From: the human T2T-CHM13v2.0 reference genome, Homo sapiens
DNA: 64,000 nt
Strand: one strand, 5' to 3'
Assembly: GCF_009914755.1 (NCBI RefSeq)
Contig: NC_060927.1
Shown here: one piece after another, positions 18,325 to 31,971 of the stretch
How the letters are laid out: each line of letters starts with the position of its first letter
Numbering within the stretch: position 1 is the first letter of the stretch
Made by a program: the position numbers and the translations under genes
The notes under the pieces: model-generated
Seen by the model: only the letters and a program-made list of their open reading frames with translations
The model's database searches: none
What the model was told of the DNA's origin: nothing

Positions 18325-18779
18325 GTACTGATAAAAAAGTGAACTCCAAAAGGAGATGCCCTACTCTCTAGCCTCTGGTCTTATTACAGCTCCTTTAAAA
18401 CATAACTCCCAACAAGCACTAAGCTCCACAGGTGCAGAACATTTATGAGGCTTATTTTTTTCTCACAGCCAACATGCACTTCTGGGTTTTAACTATGACA
18501 TAATCCAGATGGACCTTGGCTTTCTACCTGATTATGTTCATACCCTTGGCTCAATGCATTTCAGTAACTGAGTACCGTCGAGTCCCTGGGGCCCACCCCA
18601 CAGCCAGTCCTTCCCCACCAATCTCCCTGTACATGATCCATAATCTATTTCAGGCTTGGGATGCAACTAATTTCTAATAAACTCATTTCTAGTAAAAAAA
18701 AAAAAATTTAATGTCTATGAAGACATTCTCTTTCCAAGAAAAAAATTTGCATGATTACTACAACTATAACAATGAGTAA

Positions 18780-19020
18780 CAATAGTTAGCATGTAATGAA
18801 TACCTACCTTCAGGTATTGGGCTAGATGCTTTATCTGTATTTTTCCATAATTTTCACAACAATCTAATAAAGTAGGTATTATTATATTCATTAAATGATG
18901 AAGACCTTGAAGCACAGAGAGGTGAGAGAATTTGTCTCAGATCACACAGAATGTCCCAAAGCCAGGACTTGAACTCACATTTGTCTGATGGCCAACCCCA
19001 CACCCTCTTTACACCATGCT
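18780..19020 (-). mobile_element. MIR
   Basis: tcacaacaatc...gtaggtattatt...gaagcacagagaggtga...gccaggacttgaactca. Confidence 0.8.
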
Positions 19021-21261
19021 CCATCCTGATGATAAAAAAAGAACAAATATCCAGTAGCGAGAAGCTTAGATTTCTAGAAGCTGAAGAAGTTTCTTGGAAG
19101 CTCTGATTACCCTACAGAAAAGTGTACCTGTTCAGGGAGGTCCCACTATGCACTGAGCCATCCTGACCATTTAATTCACTTCATGGGAGACTAGGGAGAT
19201 CAGAAAAAAACTGAACAGCTGAATGGTGACAGCTACCCCTTGTGGTGTACATGGCAAGAAAATCCCAAGCTTCCCGCTGAGTCAAGTGTTAGAACAGTTC
19301 TCTGCAGCTTGGTCAAGGAGCTGAGAACTGAGAGGAATAAATTAGACCATTAGAGGCTTATTCCAGTTAAATAGATCTGGCCAGATTGCGTTTTCAGACA
19401 TAAGATCTAGACCCATAGTCCTTGAGGGGGATTCTAGACCATCCATGGCTGAGTGGGAAGAAAATATTAGAATTTCTCTTATTGTAATAACTTCATTTAA
19501 AAAAACAGAAATTAAGCTTTTCTAACATCTAATAACTAGGCTAATGCTGGTGTTCTCCCTTCCCTCTCTTTCACACACGACAAACACACACAGGACATGT
19601 CTTGAAGGAGGAGGGCGTTCCATTGCACAGCAGGGCTCAGATCTCATTCATTTTCACTTTGTTGTTTTACAGCTCATTTCAGTTTACATGGCCCTGTTTG
19701 TGTGGATTTATATATTATCTTATCTGGTTTTAACAAAACCAATCTTTGAAATTAAAAGAAAATGGTTCTGTTACTTAAAATATGCCTGCAAAATATCTGA
19801 ATGCTAAAGATAAATATTAATTAGGCAAGCACTGGTGAACAACAAGAAAATTGTTCGGCTCAAAAGAGTTGACCCTTGTCCCACTTATGGTACGCTTATA
19901 TTTGTCTTGATCCCAGCCACATCATGAGGTTAAAACCACGAGGATTTACTCAAATATGACAAAAATCATCATGATTTTTCAAAATGTGAACTTATCCATT
20001 GCCAGTAATGCTGGACTTCAGTTCAAGTGTATGTTATGCTTTGAGACATTACCAATTGAACTACATGTAGCCAATCTATAAATACATGGGGAAGTGCAGC
20101 TCAATGGTTTTTTTACTGATAATACCTGACCAAAAAGTGTGATGTAAAAGACCTTGACCCAGCTCATCTTAGGGCACTTTCCATAATTCAGAAGACACTG
20201 GCAGGTATTGAATGGCTAGATCCAGATAATCCTCGGGAAATGTTTGAGCCTCTGAAGTTTCACCTTCCTGCTCCTCTGTTTGAGCCTCCAGCGCTGTACT
20301 AGCACAGCCCTAATTACCTTTGTAAACACAGGCAAAATCATTTTCAGCTGCCTGGGACTCTGCCTGGCAGGTTTTGCTTTTCACCAAATTCACTGTTGTG
20401 CATCAGGCGAGGTTGGAATGATTTGGTCTTGATTTGGATTCAGAAGCTCCATTCACTTACTGCTGTAAGCAAAGTTTAATCCAAATATTTACTTCAATAA
20501 ATTTGGTCCAAAACTTTTCTCAAATTAACTAAGACAAACTGTTCAGCCAGGTTACTGTAGAGAGCCCTAGAGCAGGGCAGAGCTGTGAAAAAAAAAAAAA
20601 AGGTACAGTCGAGAGGCGAAGCCACTTGCTGACGAGATGCAGTCAAAAGTATATACAACATTTATTAGCTGAAGTACCACAGAAAGCATTCCAATCAGTC
20701 GGTTTCCTCTCATTAAATGTTAATTAGTTCATATAAGCTTCCTGCATAGGAAGGTATCAGGTACTTAGCAAGCATTAGGAAAGAGACAAGTCACACAGGG
20801 AGTCTTGGAAGCAACAGATACAGAGCAAGGGCATTGTCACTTTACTGGGTGACATTTGTGTTTGAAGGCATATGTGAGCTCCTGAGGAGGATCCAGAAGA
20901 TCTGCCAGAGACAAACTCAGGCTAAAATTTTCATTCTGGTAATGAGTATCTGAAATAACATTTATTGAGTTTTAAAAACACACTTAATGGGATTAGCTCC
21001 TGAACCAAATATCATGATTATATTTAGATACATTTGCTCACACTGTTTAAAACCACAGACCAGGATAATCATATAATATTAAATGGCTTTTTATTGAGAT
21101 TGTTTTAGCATGCTGGCTTATAAACCACCTTGGTAAGAAGTTATGAAAGTAAGGGGAATAAAACTCAAGGGCTTTGTGGACTGTGAAATCATTAAGTGAT
21201 TTGGAATATGTCATGGGATCTTAGATGTTTGAGGGTAGAGGAACTGTGAAGATAACTTCTT

Positions 21262-21380
21262 GAGGCTGACATGCAGCCAGCCCATAGCAGCACGGCCATG
21301 CCACTGCTCACAGCAGCCTGTGTGCTGACTGGCCAGTGCCTGACCCCAGGCAGTTGCTAAATATCATTAATATTACCCCA
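21262..21380. mobile_element. Short hAT-Tip100 MITE (Arthur1-like)
   Basis: ggctgacatgcagcc...ctgactggccagtgcc...gttgctaaatatcattaatattacccc matches a remembered ~120-bp consensus with CAGGG(C/G)TGATATTCA termini. Confidence 0.5.
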
Positions 21381-21419
21381 ATAGGGGTAATATTCAGACC
21401 CCAATAGGGTCTGAAGCAC

Positions 21420-21555
21420 TCATTTCACCGATAAAGGTATAGCCACCCAGAGGGGTGAAGTGACTTGCCCCCCTACACATCTTGTTAAGAGAACAACAGA
21501 ACTTGGACTCAAGCCTCATTCTACAGTGTTCCTTCAAGGGTCCACAGCACTCTCT
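21420..21555 (-). mobile_element. MIR fragment
   Basis: cccagaggggtgaagtgacttgccc...acacatcttgtta...aacttggactcaag. Confidence 0.6.
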
Positions 21556-21699
21556 TGCCCTGAAATTTGTTGCCATATCTATGTATTAACTGGTGATGCA
21601 ACAACCAATTTTCGACATGGAGTGACAGGTGCCATTAAGCACATCAGGCCAATACTTTGATAGCAGGGAAAACAGCTATAAACTGAGCTAAAATAATGT

Positions 21700-22495
21700 C
21701 AAACAAGTATTGAATGCTTGCTATGTGGCAGGCATAAATACTTTACAAATACTAACCTGTTTAATCTTTACAATAGCCCCTGTAAATAGGTACTATCATT
21801 AATTCTATTTAATTGGTGGAATAACTGAGGTAGAGAGAGGTTAAGTAACTTGGGCTAAGGAGGCAGACTTCCAAGAGGGCTCCCAAGGATCCCCTCCATT
21901 TCTGGCATTCACACCCTGTGTAATTCTCTGCCTTTGATTGTGGGCTGGACCTAGTGACCTACATCAAGCAAATAGAATACAGCAAAAGTGATGAGATATC
22001 ATTTTCATGATTAGGTTATAAAACACTGTGACATCTGTCTTACTAATAGACTGTTTTTCTGCTGGTTTAGATGAAGCAAGCTACTATGTCAAAAACACCC
22101 ATGGGGCAAATAACTGAGGGCAGCCTCCAGCCCACAGCCTGCAAAGAATTTAGAATTTCAGTCCAACAGGCCTAAAGGATCAGAATCTTGCCAGTAACCA
22201 CATGAGTGAGCTTGGATGTGGATCCCTCCCCAGTCTAACCTTCAGATGGGACCACAAACCTTGGGCCGACTCCTTAATTGCAGCCTTTTGAGAGACTGAG
22301 AAGCAGAGGACACAGCTAAATCATGCCTTAGATAATAAATGTAAGTTGTTTTAAGCCACTTAGTTTTGGAGTAATTTGTAATGAAGCAAAAGATAACTAG
22401 TACCCTTGCCCAAGACCATATAGGAGTGAGTGCCAGGGATAGGATATGAACCCAAGTAGTCCGGTTCTATTATCTTAACCACTGATACCATACTG
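21700..22495 (-). mobile_element. MIR split by an MLT1 LTR (MIR parts ~21700-21850 and ~22404-22495)
   Basis: gagagaggttaagtaact at the left resumes as cttgcccaagacc...gatatgaacccaagtag at the right. Confidence 0.75.
21851..22403 (+). mobile_element. MLT1E/F-like MaLR LTR
   Basis: aggcagacttccaagagggctcccaagg, tgagtgagcttggatgtggatccctccccagtc, ttttaagccacttagttttggagtaatttg...gataactagtac. Confidence 0.8.
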
Positions 22496-22504
22496 ACCCC
22501 CCAA

Positions 22505-22595
22505 AAGTACACCATAATACTCATTATCATCATTATTACCATTATAATCATCATTACTTCACTATCATTGTCATTATCACCAATCATTATGAGTA
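22505..22595. repeat. Degenerate (ATC/ATT)n repeat, followed by a MIR fragment (~22595-22765, minus)
   Basis: catcattattaccattataatcatcattac...; then tttaatcctcaaaa...gaaactcaga. Confidence 0.6.
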
Positions 22596-25514
22596 TTATG
22601 TGCTAGGTGCTTCACATAAATGATTTTATTTAATCCTCAAAATGAGACTATAACCTCAACTTTATATTTTTTTTAAAAAAATTGAAACTCAGATAACATA
22701 AGCTCACTTAAAGACACATAGAAAATTCAGAACTTGGCCCAGCTAGCTGACTCCAAAGCCCTTGCCTTCTCCACCAAACTGCTGCTTCTCTGTAACCCAA
22801 TTGTTGTATCCAACCATTAATCTTAGTGGTGCCCTGAGAAATAATTCTTTCCAACATTGGGAAAGAAACTTATAACAATTTATTAGTGAATCATTGATAA
22901 CAAAAGTCCACTTGCTGTAGACTTTTCTAACTCTGGCACTGTTGACAATTCCATGGAGAGTTTCAGGATGTGGGATGTGGGAATACCATGGAAACCTGGA
23001 GGCAGAAAAGAATGCTTTATGATGCCATGTGTAGCACTTCTTGTTAGCAAATATAACAGAGTGCAAACTGAAACAGCATCAATTATATGATACTAGGTTT
23101 CTTCCAAGAAAGAAAGTCATAAAATATAATGAAATAACTTGTATTGCATATAAAATCTTGAATGATTCCCTATTGCACATTCTATGAGAAAGTTCACACT
23201 CTTTAGCATAGCTTTAAGATCTCGCCTTAGCCCAGCTTAGCTTTTGGCTTAATCCTTTATATAGTTAGCACCAATGAAGCTCAAGTCTGATCACGTCATA
23301 TCAGGGACTTGAATCTGAGACCTAGGTTTTTGCTTCCAGACTGCACATGTTACTTAGCACAAGCTCAAAAAAAATTTCTTCTTTAGAGAGAATGAGAGAG
23401 GATGAGAATAAGGATGGAAGGAAGAAAGGAAAGGAAAGAGGGAGGATTTTGCTCTTTTTGCTCTAGCAATAAGTTCCAAAATTCACTAAAATGTTCTAAT
23501 TATAGCATAAGTGAGTCACAAAGTATTCTGGCTCACTTTGGTTTATGACCATTGTCTCTGAAAATTAAACAGAAAGAAAGCAGGAATATTGGGTACATAT
23601 ACATTAAGTATTCAACCATAAGCTTCATGCTCTGCTGTCCACATCCTGTTCCCATAGTCATAAGATCCCTTCCCATTTTGACCCACGGTTTTCGAGTTTC
23701 TGAACCACAATTAAACAAAAACTACCATGTGTAATTTTTAGGGCAACTAAGAACTCTAGCTAAAGTCTGATGTGTTTCTGCTAGTAAAAGCAATAGAATA
23801 ATTACTGCAATGAATTATAATGGTTTTAGTTATGTCCTTTAGACTATTTTCAGGGCTAGCTAGGAAGACATGACATGCACAAAATCATCAAAATAATGGA
23901 TGAAAAAATAAGCATCGTTTAAAAATAGTACTTGAGTTCACATGTAGATGGGACTATTGGCATGGTCCCATACACTAACTGTCACTTCATTAAGTGTCTG
24001 TTGGGGGAGTCCTTCTATTTCTGTATTAAGTCTCTCATCTGCATTTTGGTAGGCTGGCATCATTGCTGTTGTCTTGACAGGGTCCTTAAGCCTTCAACTG
24101 TCACCTTCATTTTCTAAGCTCACACCCTCTTGTACCTGATTGCCTTGGGTAAGGGGGGTGGGGGACATCACCTCAGTGGTGTTTATTTGGCTCAGCAGGA
24201 TGGAGACTTGGCTGGAAGAGGAAGCAATGAAGCCGCTGCCCATAATTCCAAGAGGAAACCAAGTAAAGACAGTATAAAACCTACCACACTCACATTTCCT
24301 AGGTCTAAAGTCAGGCAGAAACAGTTATACTTCAGCTTTGCCACTTTTCAGTGTTTGCTTGGATTTTTTTTTCTTTTTCTTTATAACCGTTTAAAACAAA
24401 GCACCTAAAGCTGTATAACATTAAAGAATGCAATCTGTCATCCATTTCTTGTTCCTCTTTCCCTCTCAAAATCTCTGGGTTTTTAAATCCCTAAACATTT
24501 CTCTGCTCCCAATCAACCCTCTATTCACTCCCAAAAAGGCACCTTTTCTCTTTTAGGCACAAACACTATTTAAGGGCATCTTTTAAAACTTCTTTGGATG
24601 GGAAGCTTTATAAAACAGATTATGCCCTTTGACCAAGGGATGCCCCAGGGACTGCTGAGGTGTGTAGAACTGTCTGCCCCTTCACTAAATGATCCCAGAT
24701 GGCTATGCTTTTCTAGTTCTTGTCTGCTTTCTATTACTTTTTGCCTTCTCTCTGTTGCCAATTTATTGTGCCTACTACATTTCCCACAAATTATGACTTA
24801 CAAAATGTGTCTCCTAAAAATCTTTTTGTTTTTGGAAATCAGAAATAGCTAGGATTTTAGCCATCACTGTTCACTTTCTGACCCAGAAGTTTAAAGTTCA
24901 AACTCAATGAGATTACTTAATATGTATTCCAAGAGACTAAATAAACATAGTTGTATAAGATATAAAAGATCGTCACTATAGGAATAAAAACAAAATAAAC
25001 AGTATTTATAATGATGGTAACAATCTATATTTAGCATGTTTATTTCAGAAATTGATTTCTCTTTTACTCAAACTCCTGTAAACAGCCAGATTCATCAGAG
25101 GCAGTTTATCCTACAGTCATATCTGCCTGATTTATTGAATTTCCTTTTCTTAATGAATCATGAGGTTTGAGTTAAATGTTAAATATCAATGTTTTTATAA
25201 GGAACATGCATGTTTGCTTTTTCTTCAATTAAGAAAAAACTGGTTGACCTTTGTGCCACTGAGGCTTGTGCTTGCTAATGGCATGGCTTTCCTACTTAAC
25301 AAGCCATATGGTAAAACCTACTATTCTGTTTCATAAGCATAAAGAAAGCATGTGACAGTTGGCTACCTATTGAGCGGCATCTGCAAAAGGAATCCATGTT
25401 CCAGAAAGTGAAAGATGGACAACTAGGAAATCATCTCATTATGATGCTGAGGGTTGCTGGGTTGCTTCTGTCTCTGTGCAAATGTACATATTAGGATCCT
25501 AAGGATAAAAAAGA

Positions 25515-25570
25515 TTAACAAGATCCCCAGGTGATTAATGTGGACATTAACATTTGAGAAGCACTGTTCT
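25515..25570. mobile_element. MER5-type hAT-Charlie fragment
   Basis: aacaagatccccaggtgattaatg...tttgagaagcactg terminus. Confidence 0.6.
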
Positions 25571-25865
25571 TCTATAAACTTGCCCTGTTTTGATGTTTGA
25601 GACATCATGCCCACTATTTCTTCTTCCTGAGATATTCTTCTTTGTCTCACACCTCAAAATCTTTTCTGGCTAATACTTTCAAGTGTCTGCTTTGAAATCA
25701 TTTTCTAGAGAAAATCTCCTGTAATGCCTTATGAAGGAGTTAAGTGACCTCTCAAACGTACTTCCCTTGTATCTTCCACACTGTTCCATAGTCAAGTTTG
25801 CATAATAGGTTTCTTAAGAGGCATCTTATCTACTATCAAATCCCTAGTGTCTAAAACTAAAACTA

Positions 25866-27316
<1,451 letters not shown>

Positions 27317-27419
27317 ATTTTAGAAACTATGAAAAAATGAAATACAACATGGTAGGTGCTCAATAGTGTCTGTTGAATGAGTGTTAAATGAATAGTAGGT
27401 GCTCATTAAATATAATTTC

Positions 27420-28100
27420 CAAATCTCTTCCCAAAATCCAGATGTGCTATAATCCTAGCCTTTCCCTTACAAGAAGAAATGAAGTTAGGCTGGTGTTACT
27501 TGTTTTCCATAAACTATTGCTAAACCCAGTGATCATCTCTTCTCTTTCTCAATGTTCGAACATTCATCTTTGGATAATCTTACAGATTTATAGACTGTTA
27601 GAACACAAAGGCACCATGAAATTCATAGGATCCAAACTCTGTTTCTTATTCTATAGATAAGAAATCTAGGACCCAGAGCTTGACTATTGCAAAGGGGCAT
27701 ATCAAGCTTGTGTGGGCTTTCACGGGACTTTCTTCATTCGATAATCAGGACATAATTGCTTCTTCCCAGTATTAGTCTCTCCATACCCCTGTTGCCACTC
27801 ACAATTTCTCCCACCTATTCTAGAATTTCTCAATTCTCTTAAACCTGTTTTTTCCAGTAAGAGATATTTTAATTTATTATTAGCACTCAGAATAATCTCT
27901 CCACATTTTATCACATACTATGAATTAAGATGAGGTCTAACCACATCTACTGGGCAATAAGTTTGCAAAAGGAAAAGGATGGAAGTTTAAAAATAGTTAA
28001 GAAATACTAACATCAAATCATCTTCTTACATCAACAGACTTGTATCCTCTTTCTTACTGTTTTTCCTCTGGATATGACTTTGAAGACGTATTTTTGTCAT
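27420..28100 (-). mobile_element. Decayed L3/CR1 fragments with a MIR3 piece (~27590-27690)
   Basis: ccagtgatcatctcttctctttctcaatgttcgaac...ataatc resembles antisense L3. Confidence 0.35.
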
Positions 28101-28127
28101 TCATGACATTTTTACAACTATATTCTA

Positions 28128-28430
28128 CACATTTGCTGTCTGGTATGATGGCCACTAGTCACATGTGTGACTAGGCACTTGAAATGTGACTAGTCCAAAC
28201 TAAAATATGCTGTAGTCTAAATACACATTTGATTTTAAAGACTTAAAAGAAACTACCTCACAATTTTTCATATTGGCTACAGGTGGAAAGGATAACATTT
28301 TTAATATGTTGGCTTAAATAAAATATATTATTAAAGTTAATTTTCTTGTTTCTTTTTATTTCTTAATGTGGCTACTGCAAAATTTAAAATTGCAAGTAGG
28401 ACTCATATTGCATTTCTATTAGACAGTCTG
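28128..28430. mobile_element. MER33 hAT-Charlie DNA transposon
   Basis: gctgtctggtatgatggccactagtcacatgtg...gcacttgaaatgtgactagtcc...aatgtggctact...tttctattagacag. Confidence 0.85.
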
Positions 28431-28714
28431 TTATAGGCTTTAGTCAAGATTGTTCTCTCTGTTTTATATTTCTTTATTTTTTAAGCTATTTTGTAATATT
28501 TTTTTTCATGTTTTGTATACACCCTACTAAAGTACGATTCAGCCAGGAGCTTTCACTGCTGCCACACTGAACTCTGTACATCTTACTCATTTAATTTCTT
28601 ACTAGCATCCTTGGCTTGAAGCTTGTCAGAAATTTATTTTTAAGAGCTTCCTAAAATTCTCAAGTCATTTTCCCCTGACTTGATAATGTAATACCATTAC
28701 TTAAAATTATGCAA

Positions 28715-28875
28715 TAATGCTAATAATAATAGTGACAGTTTATTGAGGAATCACTATGTGTCAGGCACTGTGATAAGTATTTTACATGTTATCTTATTTA
28801 ATATTTACAGTAGCTAAATAAAGTATTATAATATTCATCTTACAGATTAAAAAACTGATATTCAATGAGGTTGGA
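28715..28875 (-). mobile_element. MIR
   Basis: tttattgaggaatcactatgtgtcaggcactgtgataag...ttacagattaaaaaactga. Confidence 0.75.
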
Positions 28876-28949
28876 GCAAGACTGGCTAGCTCTCTCCCAA
28901 CCCATTTCTTTTGTTGTTCTGTGCTCATAACAAGGCTCTTTTCCTTTTA

Positions 28950-29035
28950 TTTGTGACAACCAAAAGTATCTTCAAATATTGCCAAATGCCCCCTGGAAGG
29001 CAAAATTGCTGCCTTTTTCCCCAGTTGAGAACCAT
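28950..29035. mobile_element. MER20 fragment
   Basis: tgtgacaaccaaaagtatcttcaaatattgccaaatgccccctgg...gttgagaacca. Confidence 0.75.
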
Positions 29036-29543
29036 CAACAAAGAGTAGCAATTACCTTTTTTTTTTTTAATTTGAGAATGAAATTTTTGGCAACTACATC
29101 CTTTTTTTTCAGCTACATCCTTTAGGCAAATGAGACCTCCAGCATATCCCTAATAGTTGCAGTCTGCCCTCTTTGTCTGGGTGCCAACTTCAGGTTCTAT
29201 CTAGGATTACTCTGTCCATTTAGTTTTTCTGGCTGGGGAGTCTGGATAAATAATCTCTCATAGCCCCCACACTACTGTTTCTCCTCTTTACCCAAACACC
29301 CTCCGAAGTTTGTACCAGTACAAAAGTCATAATTGTGAATGGCTTGCCATTCACAATTATGTGAACATATGTAGGTGCCTACATATGTAGGCACCTCCAT
29401 GCCAGGGGCAATAACCTGCCCAGAGAGTTTTTTGATTAATCAAAGTATTGGGTTTCTGATAGGTACTACCAAGAAGAAAAAAATATCAAGAGAGAGTTTT
29501 ATCAAAAAGCTCTCAACAAACCGATGGAAATTTGTTTATTTTG

Positions 29544-31971
29544 CAGGTATATCTCATTTTATGCCTTGCAGGTAGTGTTTTTTTGTTTTGTTTTATTTTG
29601 TGTTTTTGTTTTGTTTTTGTTTTCTTACAAATTGAAGATGTGTGGCAACCCTCCCTCAGGTAAGATTATTAGCACCATTTTTTTCCAACAGCATGTGCTC
29701 ATTTCTCTAGGTCACAATTTGGTAATTCTCATAACATTTCAAGTTTTCATTACTATTGTATCTGTTATGGTGATTTGTGACCAATAATCTTTGATGTTAC
29801 TATTGTAATTGTCTTGGAGTGCCATGAACTACATCCATGTAAGATAGTGAACTCAATCAATAAATGTTCTGTGTACTCTAACTGCTCCACTGACTGCCCA
29901 GCTCCTGTCTCTCTCTCACTCCTCAGGCCTCACTGCTCCCTGAGACACAACAATATTAAAATTGAGCCAGTTAATAACCCTACAATGGTCTTTAAGTGTT
30001 CAACTGAAAAGAGTGGCAAGTCTTTCATTTGAAATCAAAAGCTTAAAATGATGAAGCTTAGTGAGGAAGGCAGGTTGAATGCTAAGATAGGCCAAAAGCT
30101 AGACCTCTTGTGCCAAATAGTTAGCTAAGTTGTGAATCCAAAGAAAATGTTCCTGAAAGAAGTTAAAAATGCTACTGACTTTTAATGAACACAAAAATGA
30201 TTAAAAAAAAAAAAAGTACAGCAGCCTTATTGCTGTTAAGGAGAAAGTTTTAGTGATCTTGATAGAAGGTCAAACCAGCCACAACATTCCTTTAAGCCAA
30301 AGACTAATCCAGAGCAAGGCCTTAACTGTTCACTGTTATGAAACTGAGAGAGGTGAGAAAGTCATGGAGGGGAAGTTTGAAGCTAGCAGAAGTTAGTTCA
30401 TGAGGGTTAAGGAAGGAAGCTACCTCCATAACATCAAAGTACAAAGCTGGAAGTGAAGTAGGAAGTGCTGATGTAGAAACTGCAGCAAGTTTTCCAGAAG
30501 AGCTAGCTAAGATAACTGATGAAGGTGGCTACACTAAACAACAGATTTTCAATGTAGATGAAACAGCCTATTGAAAGAAGATGTCATCTAGAACTTTCAT
30601 AGCTAGAGAAGAGAAGTCAATGCCTAACCTCAGATCTTCAAACAACAGGCTGACTCTATTGTTAGTAACTAATGCAGCTAGTGACTTCAGTTGAAGCCAA
30701 TGTCCATTTACCATTCCAAAAATCCTAGTGCCTTAAGAATTATGCTAAATCTATTCTGCCTGTGCACTATAAATGGAACAACAAAACCTGGATGATAGTA
30801 TAACTGTTTACATGGTTTTCTGAATATTTTAACCCTACTGTTGAGATCCACTGCTCAGAAATAGATGCTTCTCAAAATATTACTGCTTCTTGACAAGGCA
30901 CCTGGTCACTTAAGGGCTCTGATGGAGATGTACAAGGAGATTAATGTTGTTTACACGCCTGCTAATCCCTCCATTTTACACCTTATGGGTCAAGGAGTAA
31001 TTTTGACTTTCAAGCCTTATTATTTAAGAAATACATTCTGTAAGATGCCATGAATAGTGATTGCTCTGATGGATCTGGGCAAAGCAAATTGAAATCCGTC
31101 TGAGAAGGACTCACATTCGAGATGCATTAAGAATGTTCATGATTCATGGGAGGAGGTCAAAATATCAAGGTCAACAAGCATGTGGAAGAAATTGATTCCA
31201 ACCCTCACAGATGACTTTGAGAGGTTAAAGACTTCAGTGGAGGAAGTAACTTCAGATGTTGTGGAAATAACAAAAGAACTGGAATTAGAAGTGAAGCCTA
31301 AAGATGTGACTGAATTGCTTCAGTCTCATAATCAAATTTGAAGAGCTAAGGAGTTGCTTCTTGTGGATGAGCAAAGAAAGGGGTCTCTTGAGATGGAATC
31401 TGCTCCTGGTGAAGATGCTGTAAATATTGTTAAAATAACAACAAAGGATTTCAAATATTACATAACCTTAATTGCTAAAACAGTGGCAGAGTTTGAGAGG
31501 ATTGACTCCACTTTGGAAAGAAGTTCTACTGTAGGTAAAATGCTAGGCAACACCGTTGCATGCTAAGAGAACTCTTTGGAGAAAGGAAGAGTCAATCAAT
31601 GTGGCAAACTTCATTTTTGTCTTATTTTAAGAAATTACAACTGCCACCCCAACCCTTTAGCAATCACCACCCTAATCAGTCAGCAGCCATCAACATTGAG
31701 GCAAGATCCTCTACCAGCAAAAAGATTACACCTCATTGAGTGCTCAGATGATTGTTGCCATTTCCTAGCAATAAAGTATTTTTTTACTAAGGTATGTACA
31801 TTGTTTTTCAGACATAATGCTATTGCACACTTAATAGACTACAGCATAAGGTAAACAGACCTTTTATATGCACTAGGAAACAAAAAAATATAGTGTGACT
31901 CACTTTATTGTGATATTTGCTCTATTGCAGTGGTCTGGAACCAAATCCACAATATCTCAAAGGCATGCCTG
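29544..31971 (+). mobile_element. Full-length Tigger1 (TcMar-Tigger DNA transposon)
   Basis: TIRs caggtatatctc... / ...aaggcatgcctg, TA after the right end (TG at the left), 2428 bp, pogo-type transposase remnants. Confidence 0.95.
29985..31341 (+). pseudogene. Tigger1 transposase (CENP-B/pogo DDE), heavily disrupted
   Basis: MVFKCSTEKS...[14 protein letters not shown] (30545-30568), [26 protein letters not shown] (ORF 30865-31053); many stops and frameshifts. Confidence 0.9.
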
